From Protoeuglena noctilucae (Eukaryota): a stretch of 64,000 nt of DNA. Shown here in pieces: positions 50,209 through 62,780 of this stretch (position 1 is the first letter of the stretch; every line of letters begins with the position of its first letter). The notes beneath the pieces were generated by a model. It worked only from the letters and a program-made list of their open reading frames with translations, ran no database searches and was not told where the DNA came from. The stretch covers positions 1 through 64,000 of the forward strand of contig OY253682.1 in the NCBI GenBank assembly GCA_958009085.1, given 5' to 3'. The translations under genes were made by a program, and so were the position numbers.

Positions 50209-51686
50209 ATGGCAGGGCTCCTTTGTCGCACTGCTCGCCTCGCGTGGCTGGGCGCGTGTGCTAGGGGCACGGCTCTGGAGCGCGGTCTGCAGTGCTCTTG
50301 CTCCAGGCCGTCTGAGCAGGTGATGCGGCGCCTGCTCGCTTCCACGGATCGTGTGGATGCGCGCGATGCATCATATGATGCGATGCGTGCCTGCGGTGCC
50401 GTACCTGACTGCTTCACGCGTCGATCTGCGGACAACGTGCATCAATCCCCGGCTGCAGGACTGGGGCGCGCGCATTGGCGCGGCAAGCGGACTGCGGGGT
50501 TTCTCCACTCCACCCCCACCGCGAAAGCCGTTCGCTGTGCGCGGGCGCGAGCCCCGGGAGGGGGAGGACAAGCAGGGGAGGGACCGCGACAGCCTGAAGT
50601 GGGGTGGGCGACACAACGAGGAGGGGGACGACTGGAGCGACCCCAACAGCTTTTTGGGTTTGCTGGACGACAATGACAACTTCGAGAACCCGGTGTGGGG
50701 CAATGAGTTCCGAGAGGTAAGCTGTCCCTCCAAAAAGTCTGCCAATGCATGCAAACATCGATGCACGTCTGCCCGTTCGGGGTGAGACTTGCCACACCAG
50801 TGGGACATCGGCAGCCCGGTCTCCAGCCGCAGGGAGAGACGGGGGTGGCTAGGGAAGAACAGGGCTCCCCAGGACCGGCAACAGATGCCCCAGTGTTGGC
50901 AGACGGGGTTGTTTCAAAGGATGACGAGAAAGGGGCGGCCGAGGGTGCGGAGGAGCGCGTCGAGCTGGCTCTGGGGCTGGCGGGCACTTTCGTCACGCTC
51001 AAAGTGAGACGGCGAGGGCGGCGGTGGCACTGAAGCGGGGCGCCATGCTGGCATGCCTCACGCTCCACGCTATCTGTGGCACCCCTCGCAGAAGTCGTTG
51101 CTCCGGGAGTGTGACCCCGACGCGCTCGAGACGGGGTACGCCTTCAATGGGATGGACAAGGGCGCCATCGCGGCCGTTGACAAGCAGGACGTGGGGGGTA
51201 TTCAGCGTTGGGCGTCGGACAACACGCTCGTGCCGCACTTCAAGTTCACGCTCGGCGTTCCTTACGCCCCCGTGCACTTGTCTCCCTTCCACCGGGGGGA
51301 GCACCTCACGGCCCAGAGCAAGACCCGGCACCTCCCGCAGCTGACGGACAGGGACCGCAAGCCGGCGTCGGACGCGGACATCGAGGAGCTGACGAGTTTC
51401 ACGAATCCCGACTTCCTGAAGCAGGTGCCCTTCCCTGCTGATGCTCCGCACCCACAGCACAATGTAGCAGACGCACAGTTGCGGCCCAACCATTGAAAGG
51501 AAACCATGACCCGCTCCTCGTTCGCAGTTCCTGAGCGAGGAGGGCTACATCATATCGAGGAAGCGGTTCCCGTACCTGCAAAAGAAGGTCCACCGCCGCG
51601 TCGTGCGCAGCATCAAGTCTGCGCGGCAGATGGCCCTGCTCGACATTTTCTCCCGACGGACGGGGGGCGCGGCGGGGTCTGCTTGA
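50209..51686 (+). CDS. Mitochondrial ribosomal protein bS18m with a long N-terminal extension
   Basis: The last exons give FTNPDFLKQ|FLSEEGYIISRKR...VHRRVVRSIKSARQMALL, the S18 signature. N-terminal presequence ends ...GLRGFST. Confidence 0.82.
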
Positions 51687-51873
51687 GGGCGTGCATGAGG
51701 GGTCCTCTGGATGGGGACCCTCAGCTGGTGTGCGGGCCTCACAAACTCGGCGCGCCGTGTCAGTCTGGCGCGCAACGCGTTGCGCCTGAAGCGTGGCCTC
51801 GCATGCAGGTAGCGTATCAGTTGCAGCGTTGAAACACTCACCACTTGGTTTGCGGCGGCGGGCGAGGACGACC

Positions 51874-53459
51874 ATGGCTGCGAAAGTATCTCTGCACCGC
51901 CCCGCCCTGGGGCAGGCCGCCAAGGCCTCTCCGTCTGTGTCGACGCTAAACCGCTCGCACCTGGTCCGGTGAGCTCCCCGGGGTCGCGTGTCGGCGCGTG
52001 CGCGGGTTCGGCGACGAGACCTCCCACTGCGTGCGGAGCAGAGCGTCGCGGCCGTCTCTATTGGCACGAGTGGGCGCATGCGATATCCATTTGATAATCG
52101 CGGCCATCAGAGCGCGCTCTCCGCGTCTGCGCGCGGCGCGTCACGCTCCCTGCCGCTGGTTGATTGGGACCTTCTCCCGGCGCAGGACCCTGGCGCCCTC
52201 CGCGGTCCAGCCGCACCTGGCTCGCAAGGAGCAAAACCTCACCAGCACGGTTGCCCGGGTCGCCACCCAGGCCACGGAGGCGAAGGCGAGCTGCTGGATG
52301 CTTGTGGCCCCGCGTCGCCCCCTCGCCTCTGCCCTCCGCGCCCGTCCCCGCCCGCCCCTCGCGGGCGATCGGTCCATTTGCTGTCGGTGTCGATGGGGCG
52401 CTCGACATCGCGACAGTCGGTGGCCGCCGCGCTCCCCACGGGAGGGGCGGGCGATGCGAAGCGTGCGAGCACTTCCCATCCCCGCCCGCAGTCCGAGTTT
52501 TACGAGGTGACGCTCCCCAAGCCCCTCGGTGTCAAGTTCGCTCGCGGTCGCGATGGCGGGGTGTACATCTCGTCCATTCTGAAAAAGGGCAGCCTCTCGG
52601 ATGAGTTTGAGGTTGGCGACAAGGTGAGGCTCTCCCGCGGAGAGTCGGCCGATGCGACGCGGGAGGCCGATGCTGAGGATTCGAGAGACGCGGCCGTGCG
52701 ACTCCGCCCTCGCAGGTGGTCAAGGTGTCGGCGTCGTTCGGCGGCGATGTTTGGGATGCTCTCAACTACGGGCAGGTCATCTACGCCATCCGGACGCGCA
52801 ACGGGGAGGTGTACATGATGCTGAAGCGCAACTTCGGCGACACTACCATGCTGGAGGTGAGCCGCGGCGGCGCGGCGCGGTGCAGCCCCCTCCGGTCTGT
52901 GTGAAGCTCCGCGGTCCCGATCTCCGCGATTCCGTCCCCGCAGCCCGAGGAGATGGACGAGGCGGAGCGGATGTGGCGCCAGGAGCGCGGCGGGGGCAAC
53001 TACGGCGCGGGGACCAAGGAAATGCAGGAGCGCAACTACACGTCGCGCAAGGAGGAGGAGCGCAAGCGCCGGGAGCTGTTCGACGACGCGCTGGTCAAGT
53101 TCCGCAAGGGGGACGTGGAGGGCGCTCTGATTGACTTCGAGAACGTCATCGGCCTGGAGCCCAAGGGGTTCATCGGGGACGACTTCGCGCGCGTGACGAA
53201 CGTCTACCGGGTGGCGCAGTACAACGTCGCCTGCTGCTACTCGGCGCTCGACCAGCTCGACGCGGGTCTCGAGGCCCTCAACTCGGCGCTGGCCGCGGGG
53301 TTCGAGGATTTCCGGAAGGTGCGCACCGACCCCAACCTGGCCAACCTCCGCAAGTCGCCCGACTTCCTCCGCATCGTGGAGCGGTACGACGAGCCCATCA
53401 TCAACCGCGAGGCCATCGAGGCACTCAAGGGGATCTTCTCCTTCGGCAAGAAGAAGTAA
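51874..53459 (+). CDS. MET1: Thylakoid PDZ/TPR protein MET1 (ZKT)
   Basis: YEVTLPKPLGVKFARGRDGG, SASFGGDVW, GNYGAGTKEMQERNY, YNVACCYS and FEDFRKVRTDPNL. Plastid transit peptide. Confidence 0.92.
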
Positions 53460-54114
53460 ATGACGACGATCGCGTGACGGGACGGGGGTCACGGTCGTGC
53501 GCGCGGAGCGGCCCGTGCGGACGGTGGCCGCGTCACGGGGCTTGGCGACCGGCGCCTCGGTTGAGAGCGTCCCTGTGCGGCCGGGGCCCTGACTGGTTAC
53601 CCCTCAGCCCTGGCCTTGCTTTTCCGTCCTCTTGGCTGCCTGACCCCTGCGCCCAGCGCTTCACTGCAGTCGAGCTGCGGCATCGTGCTCAGCAAGCTCC
53701 CGCCACTCTGCTCTCTCTCTACCTCCTACCCTAGCCATAGCATGGCCCGCGTTGCCGGGGCGGCCTGCGCGTGACGCAGCGGCTGATTGAACGCTGTGGT
53801 GGCCAGCGCAGAGGACGTCGTCCTCGTCCAGCATTTGTGCCAGATACCAGTGGGCCACGCACACACGGCGGTGCAACGCTGCGGGTTCTGCCAGTGCAAT
53901 CCACCCCGTTGCTGGCGCTGGCGTTGAGCCGAGGGTGCACCTCGCCACTGCTACCACGGCCAAACGCGAGCATTGGCTGGCAGAAGCGAGTGCGGTCAAA
54001 GTTCGCTGAGCGCGCCCTTGGATTGTCTCGCGAAAGTGCCAACTCGATTGCCGGCCATCTCGTCCAGCCACTGCAGCCTGCGCGCGATTTGTGCGCCCGG
54101 CGTGTTGGGTGGAG

Positions 54115-57097
54115 ATGCGGAGGAACGGGCCTGTGAATGAGTCCTTTGGGTCCAAGGACCGGAGCTTGAGCTCCGTGAAGGCATCGGGGGGCAAGCTCGT
54201 GGTGAGCCGCCGGGACTGCACGTGTGCTGACCGCGCCGGGCTCTGCGGTAGACGAAGCCGCTCCTTGGAAAGTCCGGCGCAAGGGGAAAGCCGCGGAGCA
54301 TCGTGCGCCGTGCCATCCGCGACGCCGCGGACGGGTGCAGCGCCCGGTGTGCTAGGGCACGGTTCCGACCCCTCCCCAGGTGATTAAGGTCGGGACGTCG
54401 TCGCTCATCCACGAGGAGAACGGGACGCTGAAGCTCTCGGCCATGGCGAGCATCGCCGAGACGCTGCGCACGCTCACCAAGCAGGTGATGGCGGCGGGCG
54501 TTACGCCGGCACTCGTCCTGGCTGTTAGCCTGCATAGCCGGGGGATATGCGCCACGCCGGACTGATGCAGACGCAGCTGCGTAGCCTTCTCAACGCCCGT
54601 CGACCCCCTCTCGCAGGGCCACCGGGTGGTGATCGTGTCATCGGGGGCGGTGGGCGCAGGGTGTCAGCGTCTGGGGATCAAGCATCGCCCCAAGGAACTG
54701 GAGGCAAAGCAGGCTCTCGCGTCTGTGGGGCAGGTTCATCTGATGCGATACTGGTGAGGGTGCTGAGCGAGTAGTGGGTGCCAAGTCACCCGTGACTGCC
54801 TACGATCGGCGAGACTCGTGAGGATACGTCCACCCCACCCCTCTGTCTGTGCTGTGCTTCCTGCAGGGACGACATCCTGTCTGCGAACGGCATCACGTGT
54901 TCCCAGGTGCTGCTGACGGCCAGCAACATGGCCACTCGGTCGCAGTACCTCAACGCCCGGGGGACCTTCCTGCAGCTGCTGAGCCTGGGGGTGGTGCCCA
55001 TTGTCAACGAGAACGACACGGTGGCCGTGGAGGAGCTGAGGTGAGGCTAGCAGTGGTGTCGACGGGAAGCAGATGAGGTGGAGTGCATGGGGGCGGTGGC
55101 CGTGGAGGAGCTCAGGTGAGGCTAGAGGCGGTGGTGTGCCTGCCCATCCATGCATCCATCCTTTGCAGCGTTAACGAGGGGTGTGGCGCTCGTTACCTGA
55201 CCCCAACGCCCCCCTTCCCTTGACGTGGCAGGTACGGTGACAACGACACGCTGTCCGCACAGGTGGCAGCACTGGTCCACGCGGACCTCCTCTTCCTCCT
55301 CACGGACGTGGACGGACTCTACACGGCGAACCCCAACAAAGACCCGGAGGTGAGAGGAACAGTGTTATGATGTGACACAGACACACCAAGGATGGAGGGT
55401 GAGGGGCATCATGTTGTGATACCCAACAAGGACCCGGAGGTGAGGGGCGTGGTTGCATTCTGATGTCACACAAGGGGCGTGGTCGAGTTGTGACACCGGC
55501 ACTCCAGAGGTGGAGGGTGAGGGTGAGGGTGATGGTATTGTCGTGATACCAAACAAGGACTGAGAGTGATGGTGAGGGTGAGGGTGACGACCGCGCACAT
55601 AGCCGCCCCCTCGTCTCCCATCCCCAGGCCCGCCGCATCCCCGAGGTGTGGGACATCGGCGCATTGGCGGACGTGGACACAAGCACGTCGGGGACGGAGT
55701 GGGGGACGGGCGGCATGGCCACGAAGCTGACGGCGGCGCGGATCGCCACGGCTGCGGGGTGCAGCGTGGTCATCTGTCACTCTAAGAGACCTGAGGACAT
55801 CGAGAGGGCCATCCGGTGAGCCACTGAAGAGACCAGAACATCCCAAGCGACCGTGGCATTGGCTGTGAAGGAGTGCATATGTGCACTGGTGGGTCGCATG
55901 AGGGTGGAAAGTCTAGGAGCGTGCGTGCATGGGAGCTGGGTTGCGAAGACAGTGTTCATGGATCGAAGACTGATTGCCGCCAAATCATCACCGGTCCTAC
56001 ATCCCTTGTTCCCGCGCAGGGGCGAGAGTGTGGGTACGCTTTTCCACGCCATGAAGCACCAACTCAAGGGCAGCCGGCGGTGGGTGCTGGCCGTGGTGAG
56101 TCGATGCGCACAGCCACATGGCCATTGGTGCACACTCGACGCAGGCCATCGGCACTAGCTGATCATATTGCGCGCACTTGATGCGCGCCCATCACAACAC
56201 ACCCCGTACCCCTCTAACGCTACACACCCTGTGTACCCCATGTCTCTCACCGCAGCCAACAAGGGCCGCCTGGTCATCGCCACACGCATATCAGCACAAA
56301 TCCCATAACACCCCCCCCCCCCCCCCCTTTCCCAACCCCCACCGCAGCCCACCAAGGGTCGGCTGGTCATTGACGACGGTGCCGTCCGTGCCGTGGTGGT
56401 CAAGCGCAAGTCCCTCTTCGCGGCGGGGATCGTGGCCGTCCACGGCACCTTCAACGCACACGACGCCGTCAGGTGAGGGACAGATGATGGAGATGCTATG
56501 GTGTGGCAGTGCGATGAGGTGAGGGGCTGTCAGTGTGGCTACTCCGATGCGGATCCAATCTCACTCTGGGCATCTGTCTTTCTTCGTTGACTCTTCTCCG
56601 ACACCCACCCTACTGCCCCTCACTTAACACAGCATCGTGGACAAGGCGGGCCACGAGGTGGCGCGGTGCCTGGTCAACTTCGCCTCTGCCGACCTGGACC
56701 GCGTGAAGGGCCAGGGATCGCGGGAGATGCGGCGGCTGCTGGGCTTCAACGGGCCGGAGGAAGTGGCGCAGAGGGACCGCATATCGTGCGTGCGGATGGG
56801 GGGCGGGGGCGGTGGGACGGGCAGCGAGACGTCCGATGTGGAGGACAGCAGCCCTCAGCAGTCGCGGCCGGGGAGCAGCATGGCGCAGGGGGGGGAGACG
56901 CCGGTGAGATGGGGGGCATGGGGGATGGCATGGGGTTAGTGTAAGATGGTATGGCGAGGCATGCGGCGGTGGCACTGCGATGGCATGCGTTTCTGATTGG
57001 TGGTGCCAGACCTGTCCCATTTTTTCACTGCAACTCGCTCCGCTGCCCCTCGCAGGGACGGGGATGTACGCCCGCGCCTGATGCGCACGCGACGTGA
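54115..57097 (+). CDS. proB: Glutamate 5-kinase (ProB) with C-terminal PUA domain
   Basis: [41 protein letters not shown] and [11 protein letters not shown] domain [10 protein letters not shown]...SLFAAGI. Confidence 0.94.
55020..56374 (+). repeat. Multiple splice-junction duplications in proB introns
   Basis: Pairs at 55020-55050 and 55095-55125, 55332-55354 and 55423-55445, and 56248-56279 and 56340-56372. Confidence 0.88.
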
Positions 57098-57278
57098 CGA
57101 CATGTGGCGCAAGGGCTGGCTGTGCAACACACACACTTTTGGCCAGTGAATCTCGGTACTAGTGAACAGGACGCGGCGTGGATAGGCGCGGCGCGTGATT
57201 GAACGAGTGACGCCACTGCCGGCATCAAAGCCACGCAGCCATGCACGCAGCACGCGCACTCTCCACTCTGCGCCGCCT

Positions 57279-60041
57279 TCAGCCTCCCCCGCCCTGGGGC
57301 CACACGACCTCGAAATCGCAGACGAGGCTAATGTGGTCCGATCCCCACACGGTGTTGGGCAGCCCGCACTCGAGCGACTCGAGGGGAGGGGGCAGGAGCA
57401 CCCGGAGGGGCCTGGGAGCGGACGAGAGGGCGGGGGAAGAGCGGTGGGTCAGATGCCGCGCACGCCACAGAGTCTCTACTCTCATCTCATGCTACCCTAA
57501 AGTGTCAGTGATGTACACCGGCACATCCTCTTTCTCCGCACCTGAGCACCGCAGGCCCTCTCCCCGGTCGCCCCGCCTGCACAGAGGTCCCCGCCTCCGC
57601 CTCCGCCCCGCCGCTGCAAACGATGCCAGCGTCGTGCTCCGGGCCGGGACTGACCCTCTCCGGCGTGCGTGGGCCGGACTTCCGGTGTCCCTGCCGCCCT
57701 TGCGACCCACCCGTGCCCCCTACCCCCGCCCCGCCCCCGCCCCGGTCGCCCTGACGGACATTGGCATCGGTAACACGGTCACCGGGCTCCAGGGTGGCCC
57801 ACAGATAGTCGACCGTGCCGATGAACTGCGCATGGCAGCTCGTGTACAGCGGCTCCTCTCCCAGCACAGCGCTGTACGTCGACGCCACTCTCAGTGGGTG
57901 CTCCGCCACCCCTGCCTCCTCCGCCCCCGCCCCGCACGCGCTCTCCACATGCTCCGCAGCCCAGTCGCCACTTAAGGGCGACCCCCAGGGCGCGGCCAGC
58001 CCCACCCCCGCACCCGTGCCCACCGCATGCAACAGTGCACTGTGGGCCCCACCCCCGCCCATCACCCCACCGCCGTCCCACTCGGCCCGATGCAGCCGCC
58101 ACTCCCCAGCAGGCCCCACCCCAGCGCCACGTGCACCCCAGCTGCCGTCCGCCCACGACGCAGGCCCGTCAGGCCCCGGGTAAGGCGAGCCCGGGGTCCC
58201 TGATCGGGACTGCCCCGCCCCCGCCCCATACACTGGCACCACCTCGCGCACCCGATGGTGGGATTGGTGCGGGTGGGGCGACCGGGGCGGCGGCTGCGGT
58301 GGTGGGGACGCGTAAGAGGGGCCGCCCCCCTGCCGAATGTGCTGCACGAGCGGCCGCAGCACGTTTGTCACTCCCCACGGCCACCCCTGCCGCTCCACCT
58401 GCCCCGACATGGTTCGCCTGCGGAGGTGGGACACAGGGGTGCCGCGTCAGGTGCCTGGCTTGGATGGGCTAGGCATGAGCTGAGCGTGGGGTGCATATGG
58501 GCGCACGCTTGCATGCGCACTGCACCTGGACAGTCCCGCGAGTGCCAGGCGCCCCTCCCCCGCGAAGTGGTGCACGGCGCTGCCTGGCGTGGAGTTGAAG
58601 TCTCCCATGACCATGGCGGGGCATCCCCCGTGCTCTGCCCGCAGCTGTGACACGAGAGACATGAGCTCACGCACCTGGCCCACCTTGATGTCACCCCTGG
58701 GAGAGACGACGAGGAGCTTAGTAGGAAAGGGTGATATGAGCATGAGGAGGGGTGCTGGCGGTGGCACGTGCATGCAACAGACAGCGTGGCTGTCGATAGA
58801 TGGCCGTTCCAGTCACGCTTAGCGCAGCTGCATGTGAAGCGTGCCTGGCAAGCCCAGGTAGCACCCCCCGAGCCCCAGCTGAGCTCCCGGTCACCTCTTG
58901 GGGTTGAAGAGCACGTGGGTGTTGCCCACGACGAGGTCGTGGGCGCACGTGCCACCCACGCTCCTCAGCACTACGACGAGAGCTGCATTGTCCTTGAGGC
59001 CCATCAACTCATACTGGATGGCGCGGCGCTCCACGGCGGCGAAGCGGCCCTTGCGCCAAAACGTGGCGCAGCCATCCCCCCGCGACTGACCCCTGCGCAA
59101 GTAGCACCCCTGCAGCAGGGGCGGTGCCAATGTCGCACTCTCGTCCCAACACTCCCCCACCTCTCTGTCACGCACACCACGAGTGCGATGCGCCATGCTG
59201 TGATAGCAGGGGCTCTCGCCTGGTATCCCATGGCAGCCATGTCCCTGAATGCCTCCTCAAACGCCTCCACCTCCTGGCAACACACCACGTCCGGTCGCAA
59301 ATGCCTTATCTCCCTCGCGATGCTGCCCCAGCGGCGATTCCAGTCCAGCAGCGCGTGCGGGACCGAACTGCGAGACGGGAGCGCGAAATGTGAGGCGGTG
59401 ACAGGGGCCCGGACGGCGCGGGCGTATGCGTGAGCGGCAGGGACGGCCACTCGCTTGTACAAGTAACGGTGCTCCTGGGCCAGGTCTCCCCCGAGGATGT
59501 TGTACGACATCACACGGAATCGGCTCGCGTGGCTCTCCACCTCCGCCTTGTCGCCTGCGCTCCACGGATAGACGCTCAAGCCCCGCCCTGCGAGCAAGGA
59601 GCGGTGCCGGCGTAGCCGCGTGCGCGGGCACCGAGACCTTCTGCGCATTGAAGAGTATCGAGAGGCATCGTGCTGGCGCGCATCGCTTCGCGCGACGCCA
59701 GCGCGCCGCACCCGAGAGGAAGTGGCCGTAAGTGTCGAGGTCGGCCTGCTCGGCCGCGGGACGGTCGCGGACCCCGGCTCCCACGCGCTCTGCCCACATC
59801 CGCAGGAAAGAAGGACGGAGGCGGGAGTGGTCATGCGAAAACCTGCGCGGGGGAGCGGGAATCCATCGGCATCCCTGCAACGCCCCTCGCTGCGCCGCGG
59901 TTTCTGCGTCTGCTGCCGCCAGCGTTGCCCTCACGTGCACGAGGACCCATAGGTGCAGCGCCCTTGCATGTAGTGCAAGCAGATGAGGCCCCCCTTCCTC
60001 CCGGCGCCGCCCGCGACCTTGCGCTTGAGCTCCCCACTCAT
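57279..60041 (-). CDS. Angel/CCR4-family EEP phosphoesterase with an N-terminal CCCH zinc finger
   Basis: VMSYNIL, CCQEVE, GDGCATFW, NTHVLFNPKR|GDIKVGQ, MGDFNS, TVDYLW and GSDHISL. Exons 1-2 give C-LHYMQGR-C-TYGSS-C-TFS-H. Confidence 0.88.
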
Positions 60042-60401
60042 GGCTGCGTCTCATTCACTGATCAGCGGCATCATCGGTGAGTGTGCCTTTCACACTGCAC
60101 GGGAGGAGCCTTCTCGGGGTCTCTTTGGAGGCCAAGCGTTGGTGAAGGGCTGCCGCTCGTGCCAGAGACTTGCAATGTCGCCTGCTCGCCCACACGCTCA
60201 TGGATTCATTGATGCGCATGCCGGCTATCCCCAGGCAGTCCCATAGTTTGCACACAGGTATCGCTGTGCTGACACGAAGGGGAAAGCACACGATAGAGCT
60301 CGCCCCTAGTCACTGCCTTCTTTTCAGCTGGCATCAGAGCTTTGGCTGCCAGCCTCACGAGCATAGGAACTGAAGTAGCGCGCTGGGCCCAAGGGCGCGA
60401 C

Positions 60402-61289
60402 ATGGCGTCCACGCAGGACGTGCCACTCGGCGTCGGGTGCGTATATGCTTCTAGCCCCGCTCCCGGCGCTCCGATTGTCAGATTGCGTCTTTCATCGTAT
60501 TCTTGGATGGCGAATGCATCATGCGCAGCTGCGCGAGGGTCGCAGGATGCCCCGATATCTGTTTTTGATCCTCTTGCGCGCTTGCGCACGCAGGGGCCCT
60601 GGGGCGGAGGGGGAAGAGGAGCGCAGGGCGCATGTCGGTCCGAGGCGAGTGGTGTCATGTTCTTCTGCCATTAGCGGCCGGCGATGGCGCGTTTCGCGCA
60701 GCTATTGGACGCTGTGTGCGGTCGGCCGCAGGCTGCGCTTCTGCCCGGTTTGCCACGACCTGATGTACCCGCGGGAAGACAAGGAACGGCGCGTGCTCGT
60801 CTACTTCTGCAAGTGAGAGCTCGGGGAGGCCTAGAAAGGGTCCCAGGGGGGCACCACACTTCACCAAGGCGCGCCCTAGTATCAGCAGGGCGTCCCTGCG
60901 ACCGTCTCCGCGTGCGTTTTGCAGGAACAAGGATCACGAGGAGGACGCGGACGACTGGTGCGTCTCTCGTGCCACCGTGCGGCACACGGTGAAGGAGCAG
61001 ACGCTCGTGCTGGGGGACATGCAGGCGAGGGGGCGTAAGGGGGCAGCAGTGGTCGCGTTGCGTGCTGGCCTTGCACCCGGCGCCCACGAGTGCGCTGTGC
61101 AACTGGTCACCCCGCTTGTGCCCCGCTCGGCCGCAGAACGACCCCACGCTGGCGCGGTCGAGGGACGTCCAGTGCGCACGGTGCGGGGCTCGGGAGGCCG
61201 TGTTTAAGCAGGAGCCCACGCTTCAGGGCATGGACCTGTACTTCCAGTGCGTGCACTGCCGCTTCGAGTGGGCTGAGCGCGGCTCGTAG
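60402..61289 (+). CDS. RPB9: RNA polymerase II subunit RPB9
   Basis: LRFCPVCHDLMYPREDKE, DPTLARS...CARC...EAVF and LYFQCVHCRFEW. Confidence 0.92.
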
Positions 61290-61514
61290 GCGATGCGCGC
61301 CCGTGAAGGCGTATCCAGGAACAATTTCGGTCTGCTTGCGAAAGGAAGTGACGCTTGTTGACTTGTGGGTGTCTTGCACCCGACCAGCGCTCCTGTCGCA
61401 GCGAGAGGCAGGAGCGAGGGCCAAACCCTAGCGTCTGTCGTTGTGCGTGGGAGCCTAAGCGGTCCCAGGCCGACGAATCCCGGACATTCTGCCTCCGACC
61501 CGACGACTGGGGAG

Positions 61515-62739
61515 ATGAACGTCGGCAGGGCTCTGGAGAGAGCCGCCCGCGGGCTGCGCGGCGCGCTGGCGCAGGTGGGGGCCCGCGCGCCCTCGGTGGC
61601 GGATTACACACGCTCTGAGGTCCACCGATGCTCCTTTCCGATCAATTTCTCGCGGATTTATTCGGGAACGGGGGCGCGGGACGGCTGGCTCGGCGCTTTT
61701 GGGCCCCGGTCAAGCGCAACGGTCGCTGCTCCCGGGGCATGTCGATACGGCCCCACAGCGCGCACCCGTTTGCGACATTGGCCCTATATGCGCCAGGGCC
61801 CTCACAGGCCGACCCTGGGACTGCCCGGGCGCCCCGTCGTCCCGATCGATTCAAGTCGTGGTGCTCTGCAGCCCGCGAGGGTCCCGGGGCGTTCCGGGCC
61901 CCCCCGCCACCGCCCTCATCGCCGTTTCCGAACGCGACACGCACGCATCGCCGCCTTTGCCCGATCCCTGCCCCGGATCCGGAGCGGTCGGGGTCCAAAC
62001 GGCCTGCTGGGCGCCTATCCCGCCTGCAGCCCTTCGCTTTCCCCCCGGCCGCGACGCATCCCCGCCCGCTGAACCCCTCGCTTTCGCGGCTCTCGCAGGG
62101 CGCGCTGGCCGAGAGGTTCGCCGCGTCGGAGGCCTCGTCGTCAGAGGCGGCCTACTACCTCAAGAGCAGTCGGTCCCTGGCGGGCCGCGCCTCTGCGGCC
62201 TCGGGGATCCATGCTTTCAACGGCGCTCGATGCGCGGCGTGGGGCGCAGGCGAGCCGGGCGAGCGCGGGGACGCCAGCCCAGGGGCGGGCCCTGGCCTGC
62301 GTCCTGCGGCCCTCCCCGCGGCGCAGCGGGACCCGGGGGGCCCCTCCGCCCGCGCCACCGGCCCACTCGCATCTCCGCGGCTCTTCCCGCAGCCCCGGTC
62401 CCCGGCGCGTCCCGCCGCGTGTCGGTCGCAGCACTGCAGGCGTCGGACGCGTTCGAGCCCCGCCACAACTCCAACTCCCGCGACCGGGAGATGAAGGCGA
62501 TGCTCGAGACGGTGGGCTTCCCTACCCTGGACGCGCTGGTGGAGGCGACGGTGCCCAAGGACATCGTGCGCCCGGCCCTGCAGCTGCCCTTCGCGGACCA
62601 GCCCATGACCGAGACGCAGTTCCTGTCCCACATGGGCCAGCTGGCGTCGAAGAACGTGGTGAACAAGTCCTTCATCGGCATGGGCTACCACGGCACCCAC
62701 ACGCCCACCGTCATCTTGCGCAACCTGCTGGAGAACCCC

Positions 62740-62780
<41 letters not shown>

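Noticed and set aside
55330..55600. Spaced direct repeats resembling a CRISPR array
   Set aside because: The units are degenerate, intronic and derived from a splice junction. The context is eukaryotic and there are no cas genes.
54115..57097. Stand-alone ProB with a PUA domain as a recent bacterial gene transfer
   Set aside because: The gene is intron-rich with host-like codon use, and separate glutamate 5-kinases are known in algae and fungi.
61423..61430. Telo-box AAACCCTA upstream of GLDP
   Set aside because: A single 8-mer cannot be distinguished from chance.
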